NCBI RefSeq assembly: GCF_009914755.1
Contig: NC_060928.1
Length of the DNA: 64,000 nt
From: the human T2T-CHM13v2.0 reference genome, Homo sapiens
Reading direction: 5' to 3' (one strand)
Shown here piece after piece: positions 37,915 to 50,975 of the stretch; within the stretch, counting starts at the first letter, position 1, and each line of letters starts with the position of its first letter. Under the pieces are notes generated by a model that was not told the DNA's origin, ran no database searches, and saw only the letters and a program-made list of their open reading frames with translations. Both the position numbers and the translations under genes were made by a program.

Positions 37915-40900
37915 TCAAAAGGACCAAAATTCAAGTGAGCACTCATAGTACCTGGTTTTAACTTCCTATCACTGAAAAAGGCACTGAAGAGTTAGAAAAA
38001 AGTAATGAATTGCAAACACCACCTCTCCGCTACCCCTCGCAGCAGCAGTATGGTGCCTAGAGCTTCTCTAGATGCTGGAGGAGGGAGGACACAGTAATTG
38101 TGAAGGAGTGAACTCAGTGCTGTTTGGTTAGAGCAGAAAGCAAAATCAGATCAAACTCAGCTGGCTCGCACCCATGGAGGGAGTATTTAAATCAGTCCTA
38201 GCCACATGGAAATCACCGACCCTAGCAGTAGGAATTTGAGTGCCTGTAAACCTTGTCACAGAGAGGTACAGCGCACTGTGTCTCCAAATAAATTTGAAAG
38301 GCAGTCTAGGCCATATTGACTTCAACACTTAGGCAAGACCTAGTGTTAAACTGGGCCCAGAGACAATGGATTGCCGGGGGCATGTGACATATTGAGATGA
38401 CAGCTGGGTCAGCCAAGAGAGTGTTGAAATTACCACTTCCCTAACCACAGGCTGCATAGCCCATGACTCCAAAAGAGACCCTTTCCCTCCACTTGAGGAG
38501 CAGAGAAGAAGGAGTGGAAAGGATTTTGCCCTGCATCTTGGATACCAGCTCAGCCACGGTAGAATAGAGCACTAGCTAGAATCATGAGGCCCCCATTTTA
38601 GAGGACTTAGCTCCCAGATGACATTTTTAGACACAACCTGGACCAGAAGGGAACATGCTGCCTTGAAGGAACAAAGCTAGTCCTGGCAGCATTCATCACC
38701 TGCTAACTGAAGAGTCCTTGGGCCCTCAGTAACCAGCAGCAATACCCAGGTACTACATCGAGGGCCTTGGGTGAGACTCTGAGACTTGCTGGTTTCAGGT
38801 ACTAGCATGGACACAGGCAGTGCAGAGCACCAAGTGAGTTTTGAGTCCCAGATTCCAGGACTTGACTCTTGGACTGCATTTCTGGACCTGCCCCAGCTCA
38901 GAGGAGAGCCCATTGCCCTGAAGGGTGAGTCCCAGATGAGGTAGCATTCACCGTAAGCTGACTTAACAGTCCTTGCACCTTAATGGAACATTAGCTGGTA
39001 GTCTGGCAGTACTCTCATGGCCTAGGGTGGTGGTGGCTAAAAGGGGAGGCTCCTCTGCCTTGGGAAGAGGAGGGAAGAGTGAGAAGGACTGCATCTTGTA
39101 GTTTGAGTGCCAGCTCAGCCACAATACACTAGAACACCAGGTAGACTTCTCAGGTTTTCTTTCCACTCTACTCCCTGACTCCCAAACAATACCTCTGGAC
39201 TCACCTGGGGGCTAGGTGATCTCACCATCCTGAAGAGAAGGCTACAGGCTTGACTGGCTTTGTCACCTTCTGGTTGTAGAGCCCCAGGGCCTTAAGCAAA
39301 CATAGGCAGTAGCCAGGGAATGGTTACAACAGGCCTTGGGCAAGACCCAACACTGTGCTGGCTTTAAGTCAGACCCAGCACAGTCATAGTGGTGGCCACA
39401 GGGCTGCTAGTGTCACTCTACCCCCAGCTTCAGGTGGCTCAGAAGAGACAGAGAAAGAGACTCTGTATATTTGTGATAAAGTAAGGGAAGTGAACAAGAG
39501 TATCTGCCTGGTAACCCAGAGAATTCTCCTCGATCTTCTTTAAGGCCATCAAGGTAATACCTCTATGAGTCTGCAAGAAGCACAGGATTACTGGGTTTAG
39601 GGTGCCCCCTAAAGTAGATACAGCTTAGATTACAACACCCAGGTTCTTTCAAATATCTAGAAAGCCTTTACAAAAAGGATGGCTACAAATAAGCTGAGAC
39701 AGTGAAGGCTACAATAAATACCTAACTCTTCAATGCTCAGACACTCAAGAACATCTACTAGCATCAACACCATCCAGGAAAACAAGATCTCAACAAATGA
39801 ACTAACTAAAAAAGCAGGTACCAATCCTGAAAAGCAGATATGTGACCTTTCGGATGGAGAATTCAAATAGCTCTGTTGAAAAAACTCAAAGAAATTCAAG
39901 ATAACACAGGAAAGGAAATCAGAATCCTATCAGAAAAACTTAACAAAAAGATTGAAATAATTAAAAAGAATCAAGAAGGAATTCTGGAATTGGAAAAAAA
40001 ATGCAATTGTCATACTGAAGAATGCATCTGAGTACTTTAGTAGAAGAATTGACCAAACAGAAGAAAGAATTAGTGAGACTGAAGACAGGTTATTTGAAAA
40101 TACACAGTCAGAGGAGACAAAACAAAACAAAACAAAACGAATAAAAAACAAGCATGCCTACAGGATCTAGAAAAGTGCCTCAAAAGGGCGAATCTAAGAG
40201 TTACTGGCTTCTAAGAGGAGGTACAGAAAGAAATAGGTGTAGAAAGTTTATTCAAAAAGATAATAACAAAGAACTTCCCAAATCTAGAAAAAGGTATCAA
40301 TAACCAAGTAGAAGAAGATTATATAACATCAAGGAGATTTAACCCAAAGAGGACTACCTCAAGACATTTAATAATCAAACTCTCAAAGGTCAAAGATAAA
40401 GAAAGGATCCTAAAAGCAGCAAGGGGGAAAAAAAATAAAACCAAATAACACAAATGGAGCTCCAATATGTCTGGCAGCAGACTTTTCAATGGAAACCTTA
40501 CAGGCCAAGAGAATAGCATGACATATTTAAAGTGCCGAAGGAAAAAAATCTTTACTCTAGAGTAGTATATCTGGTGAAAATACCCTTCAAACATGAGAAA
40601 CAAAGACTTTCCCAGACAAACAAAAGCACAGGGATTACTTCAACACCAGACCTGTCCTAAAAGAAAAGCTAAAGGGAGTACTTCAATTAGAAATAAAAGG
40701 ACATTCATGAACCATAAATAATCACCTGAATATACAAAACTCACCGGTAATAGTAAGTACACAGAAAAACACAGAATATTATAACATTGTCACTGTGGTG
40801 TAAAACTACTCTTATCCTAAAACTACTCTTATCCTAAGCAAAAAGACTAAACCACACACCAGTCAAAAATAAAAACTACAACAAATTTTCAAGACATAGG

Positions 40901-42397
40901 TGGGACAATTATATATAAATAGAAAAAGCAAAAAGATGAAAAGTAACAGGACGAAGTTAAGGAATAGAGCTTTTTTTGGTTTTCTTTTTGCTTGCTTGCT
41001 TTTTTGTTTATTCAAATAGTGTTAAGTTGTTATCAGGTTAAAGTAATGGGTTAGAAGACAGTATTTGAAAGCCTCATGGTAACATCCAACCAAAAAACAT
41101 ACAATGGATACACAAAAAATAAAAAGCAGGAAACTAAATTATTTCACCAGAGAGAAATGACCTTCACTAAATGAAGACAGGAAGAAAGAAAAGAAGAAAG
41201 AGAAGACCACAAAACAGCCAGTAAACACTTAACAAATGGCAGGAGTAAGATTTTGCTTATCAATAATAACATTAAATATAAATGAAATAAACTCTCCAAT
41301 CAAAAGACATAGACTGGCTGAATGGATTTAAAAATACCAATTAATTTGTTCTTTATAAGAAACACAATTCACCTCTAAATAAACACAAAGACTGAAAATA
41401 AAGGATTGGAATGAGATATTCTATGCCAATGGAAACCAAAAAAGAGGAGGAGTTACTATACTTATATCAGTCAAAATAGATTTCAAGACAAAAACTATAA
41501 GAGATAAAGAAGATCACTATATAATAATAAAGGAGTCAATTCAGCAAGAGGATATAACAAGTTTAAATACATATGCACCAACACTGGAGCAACCAGATAT
41601 GTAAAGCAAACATTATTAGTGCTAAAGAGAGAAACAGGCCCTAATACAATAATATCTGCAGTTTTCAACACCCCAACTTCAGCATTGGACAGATTTTATA
41701 TATACATACATATGTATATACATACACACATATATATAATCTATCAGACTTAATCTTCACTATATACCAAATGCACCTAATAAATATTTACGGAGCATTT
41801 TATCCAAAGGCTGCAGTATACACACTCTTTTCCTCAGCACATAGAGCATTCCCAAAAATTGACCATATGTTAGGTCACAAAACAAGTATTAAAACATACA
41901 AAAATTGAAATAATATCAAGCATCTTTTCTGACTACAATGGAATAAAACTAGAAATTAATAACAAGAACTTTGGAAGCTATACGAATACCTAGAAGTTAA
42001 ACAATATGCTCCTGAAAGACCAGTGCGTCACTGAACAAACTAAGAGGGATATTGAAAAATTTGTTGGAACAAATGATAATAAAAACACAATATGCCAAAA
42101 CATATGGGATACAGCAAAAGCAGTGCTCAGATGGAATTTTATAGCTATAAGTGTGTATATTAAAAACAAGGAAAAACTTCCAATAAACAATCTAATGGTG
42201 CATCTTAAAGAGGTAGAAAAGCAAGAGCAAACAAAATCCAAAAGTAGTAGAAGAAAAGAAATAATAACAATCAGAGCAGAAATAAAAGAAATTGAAATGG
42301 AAAATATATATATAAAAGTTCAATGAAACAAAAAGTTGTCTTTTTGAAAAATTAAGCAAAATTGACAAACTTTGAGCCAAACAAACTAAAAAAGAGA

Positions 42398-42570
42398 GAG
42401 TATCGCTTGATCCTAGGAGGCGGAGGTTGCAGTGAGCTGAGATCCTGCCACTGCACTCCAGCCTGGGCGACAGAGCAAGACTCCATTCAAAAAAAAGAAA
42501 AGGAAAGAAAAGAAAGAAACGAAAAGAAAAGAAAAGAAAAAGAAACAAAAAGAAGAGAAAGGAAAGGAAA
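42398..42570 (+). mobile_element. Alu right-arm 3' fragment with (GAAAA)n tail
   Basis: tatcgcttgatcctaggaggcggaggttgcagtgagctgagatc...gagcaagactccattc plus A-rich tail; no TSD. Confidence 0.9.
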
Positions 42571-45491
42571 TCCTTTCCTCTAAGATTGGAAACACAACAA
42601 GGATGCCCATTGTCACCACTGTTATTCAACATAGTACTGGAAGTCCCAGCTAGAGCAATCAGAGAAGAGAAGCATATAAAGGACATACAAATCAGAAAGG
42701 AAGAAGTTGAATTCTCCTTGTCTGCAGATGATATGATCTTATATTTGAAAAAACTTAAAGCCTCCACAAGGAAACTATTAAAACTGATAAGCAAACTCAG
42801 GAAAGTTGCAGTATACAAAATCAACATCCAAAAATTAGTAGCATTTCTATATGCCAACAGTGAACAATGTGAAAAAGAAATAAAACATAATCCCATTTGC
42901 AATAGCTGCACATGAAATTAAATACCTAGGAATTAACTAAAACAGTGAAAGATCTCTATAATGAAAACTATAAAACACTGATGAAAGATGTTGAAGAGGA
43001 CACACCCAAACATAGAAAAATATTCCATGTTCATGTTAAAATGCCCATACTACCTGAAGTAATCTACAGATCCAATGAAATCTCTATAAAAATACCAATG
43101 ACCTTCTTCACAGAAATAGAAAAAGAAATCTAAAATTTATAAGGAATCACAAATGACCCAGAATAGCCAAAGCTATCCTAAGCCTAAATAAATAAATAAA
43201 TAAAGCTGGAGGAACTGCATTACCTGACTTCAAATTATGCTGCAGAGCTATAGTGACCAAAACAGCATGATACTGGCATAAAAACAAACACATAGACCAA
43301 TGAAACAGAATAGAGAACCCAGAAACAAATCCACATACCTATAGTGAACTCATTTTTGACAAAGTTGCCAAGAACATACGCTTCAGAAAAGGCAGTTTCT
43401 TGAATAAATGATGGTGGGAAAACTGAATATCCATATGCAGAAGAATGGAATTAGACCCCTATCTATCACCAGATACAAAAATCAAATCAAAATGGTATAA
43501 GACTTAAATCTAAGATCTAAAAGTATGTTACTACTACAAGAAAACATTGGGGAATTTCTCCAGGACATTGGTCTGTGCAAAAATTTCTTGAGCAACAACC
43601 CACAAGCATAAACAACCAAAGCAAAAATAGACAAATGAGATCATATCAAGTTAAAAACCTCCTGCACAGCAAAGCATACAATCAACAAAGCTAAGAGACA
43701 ACCCACAGAATGGGACAAAATACTTCCAAACTACCCATCTGACAAGAGATTAATAACCAGAATACATAAGGAGCTCAAACAACTCTGCAGAAAAAAAATC
43801 TAAAAATCCAATCCCAAAAGGACAAAATATTTGAGGAGATATTTCTCAAAAGTAGTCACACAAATTGCAAAAAAGCATATGAAAATCAGCTCAACATCAC
43901 TGATCATCAGAGAAATGCAAATCAAAACTACAGTGAGATATCTTCTCATACCAGTTAAAATAGTTTATACTGAAAAGATAGGCAATAAGAAATGCTGGCA
44001 AGGATTTGGTGAAAAGGGAACCCTTATACACTATTGTTGGGAATGTAAATTAGTACAACCACTGTGGAGAACAGTTTGAGGGATCCTCAAAAAAATAAAA
44101 AGAGAGGTACCATATTATCCAGCAATCCTACTTCTGGTTATATATCCAAAAGAAAAGAAATCAGTATATCAAAGAGATATCTGCTCCCATATTCTTACTT
44201 ATCTGTGGGATATAAAAATCAAAACAATTGAACTCATGGACATAGAGAGTAGAAAGATGGTTATCAGAGGCTGAGAAACATAGTGGGAAGGTGGAGGGTG
44301 CATGGTCAGGCAGGGATGGTTAATGGGTACTAAAAAATATAAATAGAAAGAATGAAAAGACCTAGTACTTGATAGCACAACAGCGTGACTATAGTCAATA
44401 ATAACTTAATTGTACATTTAAAAATAACTTAAAGAGTGTAATTGGATTGTTTGTAACTGAAATAATCAATGATTGGAGGGATGTGTACCATATTCTCCAT
44501 GATATACTTATTTCACATTGCATGCCTACATCAAAATATCTCGTATATCCAATATGTACATCTACTATGTATCCACAAAAATAAAATGTAAAAATAAAAT
44601 AAAACAATAAAAGCAAAGTAGTTCTGATGGGTCTTATTGGCAGTGATGGGAAAAAAGCATTTGCCAGATTAATAATTGCATACCAGGTTCCAGAGGATGT
44701 GTTAATTTCCTCAAGCAATAAAACCACAGCTGCTACCACAGTTGTAATTGGAGTCACCACTTAGTGAAGCTTACAATAATTCACTGACATTCTCCAAGAT
44801 CCATCTGTTTTATGCATGTCAAATAGGCTAATCAAATGGGGATATGATGGGAATCATCAGCTCTGCATCTTCCAAGTCCTTGATCGTGGCACTAATCTCT
44901 ATAATCACCCCAGAAATGCAATATTGTTATAGTTTACTATTTTCCCAGGCATAGGCAGTTCTAGAGACTTTTTCTTGGCCTTTTCTCCCATAAGAACCTT
45001 TGCATTAACAGTAGACACTCAAAGAGGCTGAGAATTACACTTAAGTTGTAATTCAGCCAATTGCAGGATGAGATTCTATAGTTGATTTTCAGCAATATTA
45101 GCCTTGTAGCTACGGTAAATAAGGGTCTCCTTGAGGGCAGATATAGAAGCTTTCAGGCCATTTATGAGCCCATCCTTTTCTTTTCCCGCCTTATTCAGAG
45201 ACGATAGTAGCAACAAGCTAATCTTGTTATACTCATTAGTTTGCCAAAAATGTTTGAAAGTATTATATACGCAGTCAAACAGGTTCTTGCCTTTTTTAAG
45301 TGGTTGATTAAGAGTGACCAGTGGTAACATGTTGGACTATCATCAGAGCTCTCTTTGTTACTGGAAATAGAGTCTTTAGTATTTTTAAATCTAATCTAAT
45401 TATAGAGCCAATTCTAGAAAACCCAGGACCAATTCAGAAAAACACATTCTTAAAGTTCTGTCCCTCTAGAACCATTCCTAGCATCACAATC

Positions 45492-46187
45492 TGTATTAGG
45501 GTTCTCTATATAAACAAAATAAAGAAGATTTCATATATCTATATAATAAATAAATGTAATAAAATTTATATAAATTTATATATGGGTATATATAAGTTTA
45601 TCTATATATACATATATGTAAAGTAAAAGTAAAAAAGTATTTTACATTTTACATTTATCTTTCTTTCTATCCATATATATATACATATAGGGATAGAACA
45701 TGAGAAATAAATTTATTATAAGAAATTGGCTCATGCCATTGCAATTATGATGGCTGAGATGTTCCAAGATCTGCAATCAGCAAGCTGGATACCAAGGAGA
45801 ACCTATAGTATAGATCCAGTTTGAAGACAAATGCTTGAGAACCCAAAGGTATAAGTTCCAGTCTGAAAGCTGGTAGGCTGAAGACCCAAGAACCAATGTT
45901 GCAGCCCAAGTTCAAAGGCTAGAAAATGCCAATATTCTAGCTCATGCAGTCAGGCAGAAGGAATTCCCTTTTATTCCTAAGTGTGTCAGCCTTTTTGTTG
46001 TATTTAGGTCTTCAGCTGATTAGAGGAGGTCCACTCACATTGGGGAAGGAAATCTGCTTACTCAGTTTACTGATTCAAAAGTTAATCTCATCCAAAATCA
46101 TTCTCACAGACACAGTTGGAATAAAGCTTGATGAAATATCTGGGCATCCTGTGATTCAGTCAAGTTGACACAAAATTAAACATGACA
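45492..46187 (-). mobile_element. MLT2 LTR (5' LTR of the ERVL) with internal AT-rich expansion
   Basis: tgtattagggttctct...gtcaagttgacacaaaattaaacatgaca; abuts the ERVL leader (ctctagaaccattcctagcatcacaatc). Confidence 0.85.
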
Positions 46188-48029
46188 TGTTACTGAACAC
46201 AAATACTTGGCACATTAGAAAAAATGAAAACTTAAAATCATTAGGCCAAAAATATTGTTATTTTAATATTTTCTTTCTAATTTATCTCAGTTTTACTTAA
46301 TTAAAAATTTTCACAAGTCTTTCTTTGGAGGTCACTGCCTAGAATATCTTTACAGTTGTTGAAATTGTACCCTCTATTCAATTCATCCTGCATATTTCTA
46401 ATCAAATCAATACCTTACACTTCTTTTCTCCTGTAACATTTATATGCTCCTCTTTTAGCAATCAACACAGCTTGTCTTTTGGAAGAGACACAGAAATGTC
46501 GGTATATTGTCTGTTTCTCCCAGTGAGTCCCTTAGCTTCCAGTACCAAAAAGTTGTTTAATTTTAAAAATCTTAATCATATATTTAATTTAATATGTCCC
46601 AAAAATAATCATTTCCAAACATTGTTAATTTTAATCCCCTGCTGAATGAAGTGGACAATCTTGTTTCTGCTAAATGTTCAACAAATGTTTATTGAGGTGA
46701 AAAAAAATTTTTTAAAGTAAACTAATCTCCTATTTTAAAAACGGAAGAGTTTACCAAGATGAATAGTGGATCATATTTAAAGCTCTCTTAGTTAGAATTT
46801 TGGACACATACTTTTTACATTAAAGGCTCAGTCCCAATCCTACATTTCAATTTCACACACATACAGCAATTTCCTGACTGAATATTCTAAATTGCAGTCC
46901 TCTGGAGAACTCTAGCAAATGGTCCCTTCTCCCACATATGGTTTATCTCACACAAAAAGACCCACATTTGCAACCTGAGTCAACCTGTGCAGAAAGAAAA
47001 ATACTGTAGAGTGTGGAAACTTTATTACTATTCTTAATTGCATTCTTGGTACAGTGAGAGTAATGATTTTACCACACCTTACAGAATAAACCACTTTTTT
47101 CTCCTTGAGCAGTTTCTTCCAGAAGAGAATTGAGTCTATTAAACAAGTAGTTGGCCAATAGTGGCCAAAAAATAGTATTTACAAACATTTATAAATAATA
47201 TAAAAGTAAAGTCATTTTGAAATAAAAGTTATTATAAACGTGTGATGGCAGACAGTAAGTAGTTAAAGGAATAAGAGGTGATAGAGTGTGAGTAAAGAAT
47301 TTCAACCAGGTGAATTGGTAACTTTTCATGGTACACATTTTTTGACTTTGGAAAGCTTCTCCTACTCCATTTTCTCTAAACTGTCAACAGCCTCCAAAAT
47401 TTCTTGGGGAAAAATCCTAAAATTATCTAAATCCAGATAAGCATATTTTTAGACTGCTAGTGTGCTGGATGTGAAGTTGCACTTATCAACCCTAGAAAGA
47501 ATGTAATGTTCCCCGCTACTTCAAAGCAACCAGATTTAGAATCAACACTGATTTTACCAACACAAATTTTAGTGTTGGATTTTAGTGTTGAATTGGTTTG
47601 CATTGTAGAGCAGAGGAAGATTGACACCATAGGGGGCCCTTGAAGCATATGGCTTTGTCCATCTGGAAACGGGGTAGTGTGCTATTGCTGCCAAAGGCTC
47701 ACTGAATGTTCTGGGTTTAGATATGTCTAAATAAAAATAAAATAAAACATGTGTATTACACTTCGGCAAAATGTTTAATACTTTACAGTCATACATGAAG
47801 AAAATGTAAAGAAGGATAGGTCTATCGTCTATCCTGGTCTATTCTGGAAATTTTAGTGTTGGAGAGAAGCAACTTGAAATCAGGGCAACAAATCAGCACA
47901 GGTAAGGATTCTCTAACTTTGCCAGGATAATAAAAAATGGTTGACAGAAGAAAGACTGCCTGTAAGATTTCCCTGATTATTGTTTAGGAGGAAACATTGC
48001 CTTTGCCTAGCAGCTAAGAAATTGTAGTA

Positions 48030-48140
48030 CTAAAGAACCTTGAGCACAGGAGCTTTATTTCTTCTTTTAACCACTGTGTGCCCAGAACACAGCACAATGT
48101 CTTGTATGTAGGAGACACCCAAAATATTCATTGCAAGTTT
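48030..48140 (+). mobile_element. L2 3' terminal fragment
   Basis: ccttgagcacaggagctttatttc...cccagaacacagcacaatgtcttgtatgtaggagacacccaaaatattcattg. Confidence 0.6.
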
Positions 48141-48469
48141 GGGTGTGTAGGTTACACAATGTATACCTACCAGCACACTCTGAGCCTTGGCTACTCTTGC
48201 TACTTAAACAAGGTTGAGTTTCTGTCTTTTAATTTCACTCTTTGATATTTAACGATTAAGATGACATAATTAGTATTCAATAAAAGGTGGGGAAGGTAAA
48301 TGGAGGACCTCTTGACATTGTCAATGTCATCCTGACTCCATATACTCTCAGAGAAACTCTGCTAGGTTTCCCTTTTTAAAGTTATAACATTAAGGCCTCT
48401 GAGCAAATGATTTTTTAAAAATCCAGTAAACATTGTCAATATAGCTCTGCTTTCTTTTTCGCAAGGATT

Positions 48470-49315
48470 GATTCCCTCTTTTCTTCTCTTTATTTATTTA
48501 AATATATCATTTTTCCTCTGGATTCCCCTCTCTGTTTCTCCTTTTCTCTCCCCTTTCTTTCTCTTTCTCTTGTTCTTCTCTTTTCCTTTCTGTCACTCTC
48601 TTTCTCTGGTTCTTCTCTTTTCCTTTCTGTCACTCTCTTTCTCTGGTTCTTCTGCCTGACAAATCACAGAATCTCTTTCTTTCTCTCCCTTTCTCTTTCT
48701 CTCTCTCTCTCTCTCTATATATATATAGATATAGATATAGGTATATATTTACATATCTCTCTATATAGAAATATATATACTTATATATATTTATAGATCT
48801 ATAAATATATATACTTATATATATTTATAGATATCAATATATAGATCTATATATTGATATCTATAAATATATAGATCTATATATTGATATCTATAAATAT
48901 ATATGTTATACCTATATATTTATAGATATATATATTTATATTTAATTATATTTAAATATATATATTTAATATTTATTTATATTTATATTTAATTATATTT
49001 AAATATATATAAATATATATATTTATATATATTTATATATATAAGTATATATATTTATATATATTTATATATATAAGTATATATATTTATATATATTTAT
49101 ATATATAAGTATATATATTTATATATATTTATATATATAAGTATATATATTTAGATATATATTTATATATAAGTATATATATTTATATATATACTTATAT
49201 ATATAAGTAATATATATATATTTATAGATATAAGTAATATATATATAACTTATATATATTTATAGATCTATAAATATATATGAGACATAAACATATAATA
49301 TCTATATAGAGAGAT
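48470..49315. repeat. CT-rich tract followed by a complex AT-rich tandem/palindromic array
   Basis: 37-bp CT-rich unit x2 (48573, 48610); (CT)n(TA)n junction; 30-bp and ~28-bp TA-rich units; perfect 56-bp palindrome 48818-48873. Confidence 0.92.
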
Positions 49316-49391
49316 CTCATCTTTTAAAAAATATCAACTATATAAACTATAGATACCTTAGTGAGGTTACAGAAGTATGGGATATTTACTT

Positions 49392-49615
49392 TATTTTTTT
49401 TTTTCTTCCAATCATTATTTTAGGTTCAGGGGGTACATGTGCAGGTTTGTTACATGGGTAAGTTGCATGTGGCTCAGGTTTGGTATACAAATGATTTCAT
49501 CACCCAGGTAGTACCCAATGGGTAGTTTTTTTTATCCTCATCCTCCTCTCACCCTCCACCTTGAAGTAAGTCCCAGTGTCTATTGTTTCCCTCTTTGTGT
49601 TCATGTGTACTCAAG
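49392..49615 (-). mobile_element. Heavily 5'-truncated L1PA15/16-like 3' end
   Basis: T-tract then ttaggttcagggggtacatgtgcaggtttgttacatgggtaagttgc; flanking near-identical g(g/a)gatattta(c/g)ttt TSD. Confidence 0.85.
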
Positions 49616-50004
49616 AGATATTTAGTTTCTGACTTAAGTAGCTGAATAATGTTAGAAGTTGCTAATGTTTCCACTTCAAAGGAGTTTTCTATCATTAGTG
49701 GATCAAGTGATCCCTAGAAATATTTTGTCAATTGTATGTCACTACCTTGAACCTGAGAGCCTTTTATAAATGTTTGATATCACTTTCATTAATGATGTTT
49801 ATATTTTCCTGAACAGGGAGAAAAAACAGATATTCCCATTTAATAAAAGTGTTTACTCAATATTTTTTTTTCCTCAGTAGGCAAATAACTGAAAGACACT
49901 GAAGTATGGAATAAAGTGTATATGGCATTTTGTAAGCATATAATATGGCCTTGGTTATGCACTGAAGAAAGTGGGGTTTTGAAACATTGTGTCATGGTGG
50001 CTGA

Positions 50005-50045
<41 letters not shown>

Positions 50046-50339
50046 GAAGTCCAGCTCTCTTTGGGGAGGTAGTTATGAGCAGTGCCTGAGGCTTCAGCAA
50101 AGCCGCTGTCTCCAGGAGGCTCACCAGCCTGGCCTGGAGCTCCTGTAGGTTGCATTATTTCACTACTTATTATGGCTGCAAAAAAGTTTAGTATGAAATG
50201 TATTACGCAAACTGAAATTATGAATTTCTTGGTTAAAAAAAGTTTTATGACAATAATCCAATTCAAAAACTATTTTTTAAAAAAATAAGCTTTGACCATA
50301 AGAAAAAAAATTACTATTTCCTTGTTTCCAATTTTCTTT

Positions 50340-50975
50340 ATTTAAAAACATGATTTTAATGGAAAATTTATATGTGCTCAGGATAAAAAAAATCAAATAC
50401 TCCTGACCTTCACTCTTAACTCACCAGAGGCAGCTTCTGTCAACATTTTCTTGTGCTTATATAGCTCTCTTTATGTGTGTATAGATCTTGCTTTCACTCA
50501 TTATGCTTTGACATTTTTTCATAATGAAAACTATTGGTCTGTTATATTACAATCTGTCATAAAACCCATTGAATGGTTATGGTATACTTCATTTATCTAG
50601 CCCCTTGTTGACGGACAATAAAGTTTTTTCAAATTTTTTATTAATATAAAAATGTTGTATTAAACACTTTTGCATTCATCTTTGCCTGCTTGAATGAGTA
50701 TGCTTATTTTTAAAATGTTCTTACAAATGGAATTTTTGGACCAAGAGTTTGTGCACTTTAAATTTTGATGAATGGTGCCAAATGGTTATTCAAAGGGAAT
50801 GTACCTATAGACATTTCCCCATCCACTTCAATATTGGGCAATATTGCACACTTAATCTTTTCCTATCTGAATGATAAGAACTTGAATCTCACATTGATTT
50901 ACATTCCATCTTATGAATGAAGTGGCACACATTTTCATGTGATTAATGATATTTCTATTTATTTCCTGGCAGATT
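50340..50975 (-). mobile_element. L1ME-type 3' fragment
   Basis: ccccttgttgacggaca...ttttttcaaattttt...aaatggaatttttggaccaagag...gccaaatggttattcaaaggg resembles the antisense L1ME 3' region. Confidence 0.6.

Larger units (their letters stand above)
37798..44607 (+). mobile_element. Near-full-length L1MA1/2-like element nested within ERVL RT
   Basis: 5' end ggaggcagagcaagatggtggaatagaaggctcc; ~2-kb GC-richer 5' UTR; ORF1 and ORF2 remnants; L1MA-type 3' UTR; TSD taaaagcaaa(c/g)t (37786 / 44608). Confidence 0.9.
33725..46187 (-). mobile_element. Decayed HERV-L/ERVL provirus with MLT2 LTRs and nested insertions
   Basis: 5' LTR 45492-46187; gag remnant ~45080-45330; RT N-terminus (INTSSGTWYAIINLANAFF); RT C-part (SVKFLGAHWCG..DIPSKVKDKLLHLAPPTTK); integrase (AKTTIHGFTECFIHHHDIAQSIDCGQGTHF); 3' LTR stub gtcaagttgacacataaaattaacca ~33725-33785. 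Confidence 0.9.

Noticed and set aside
42006-44079. ORFs with RT-like peptides and a 239-aa antisense ORF
   Set aside because: Fragmented L1 ORF2 with many stops, frameshifts and deletions; not retrotransposition-competent.
47890-47910. Plus-strand donor CAG|GTAAGG
   Set aside because: No convincing paired acceptor or reading frame; isolated donors are frequent.
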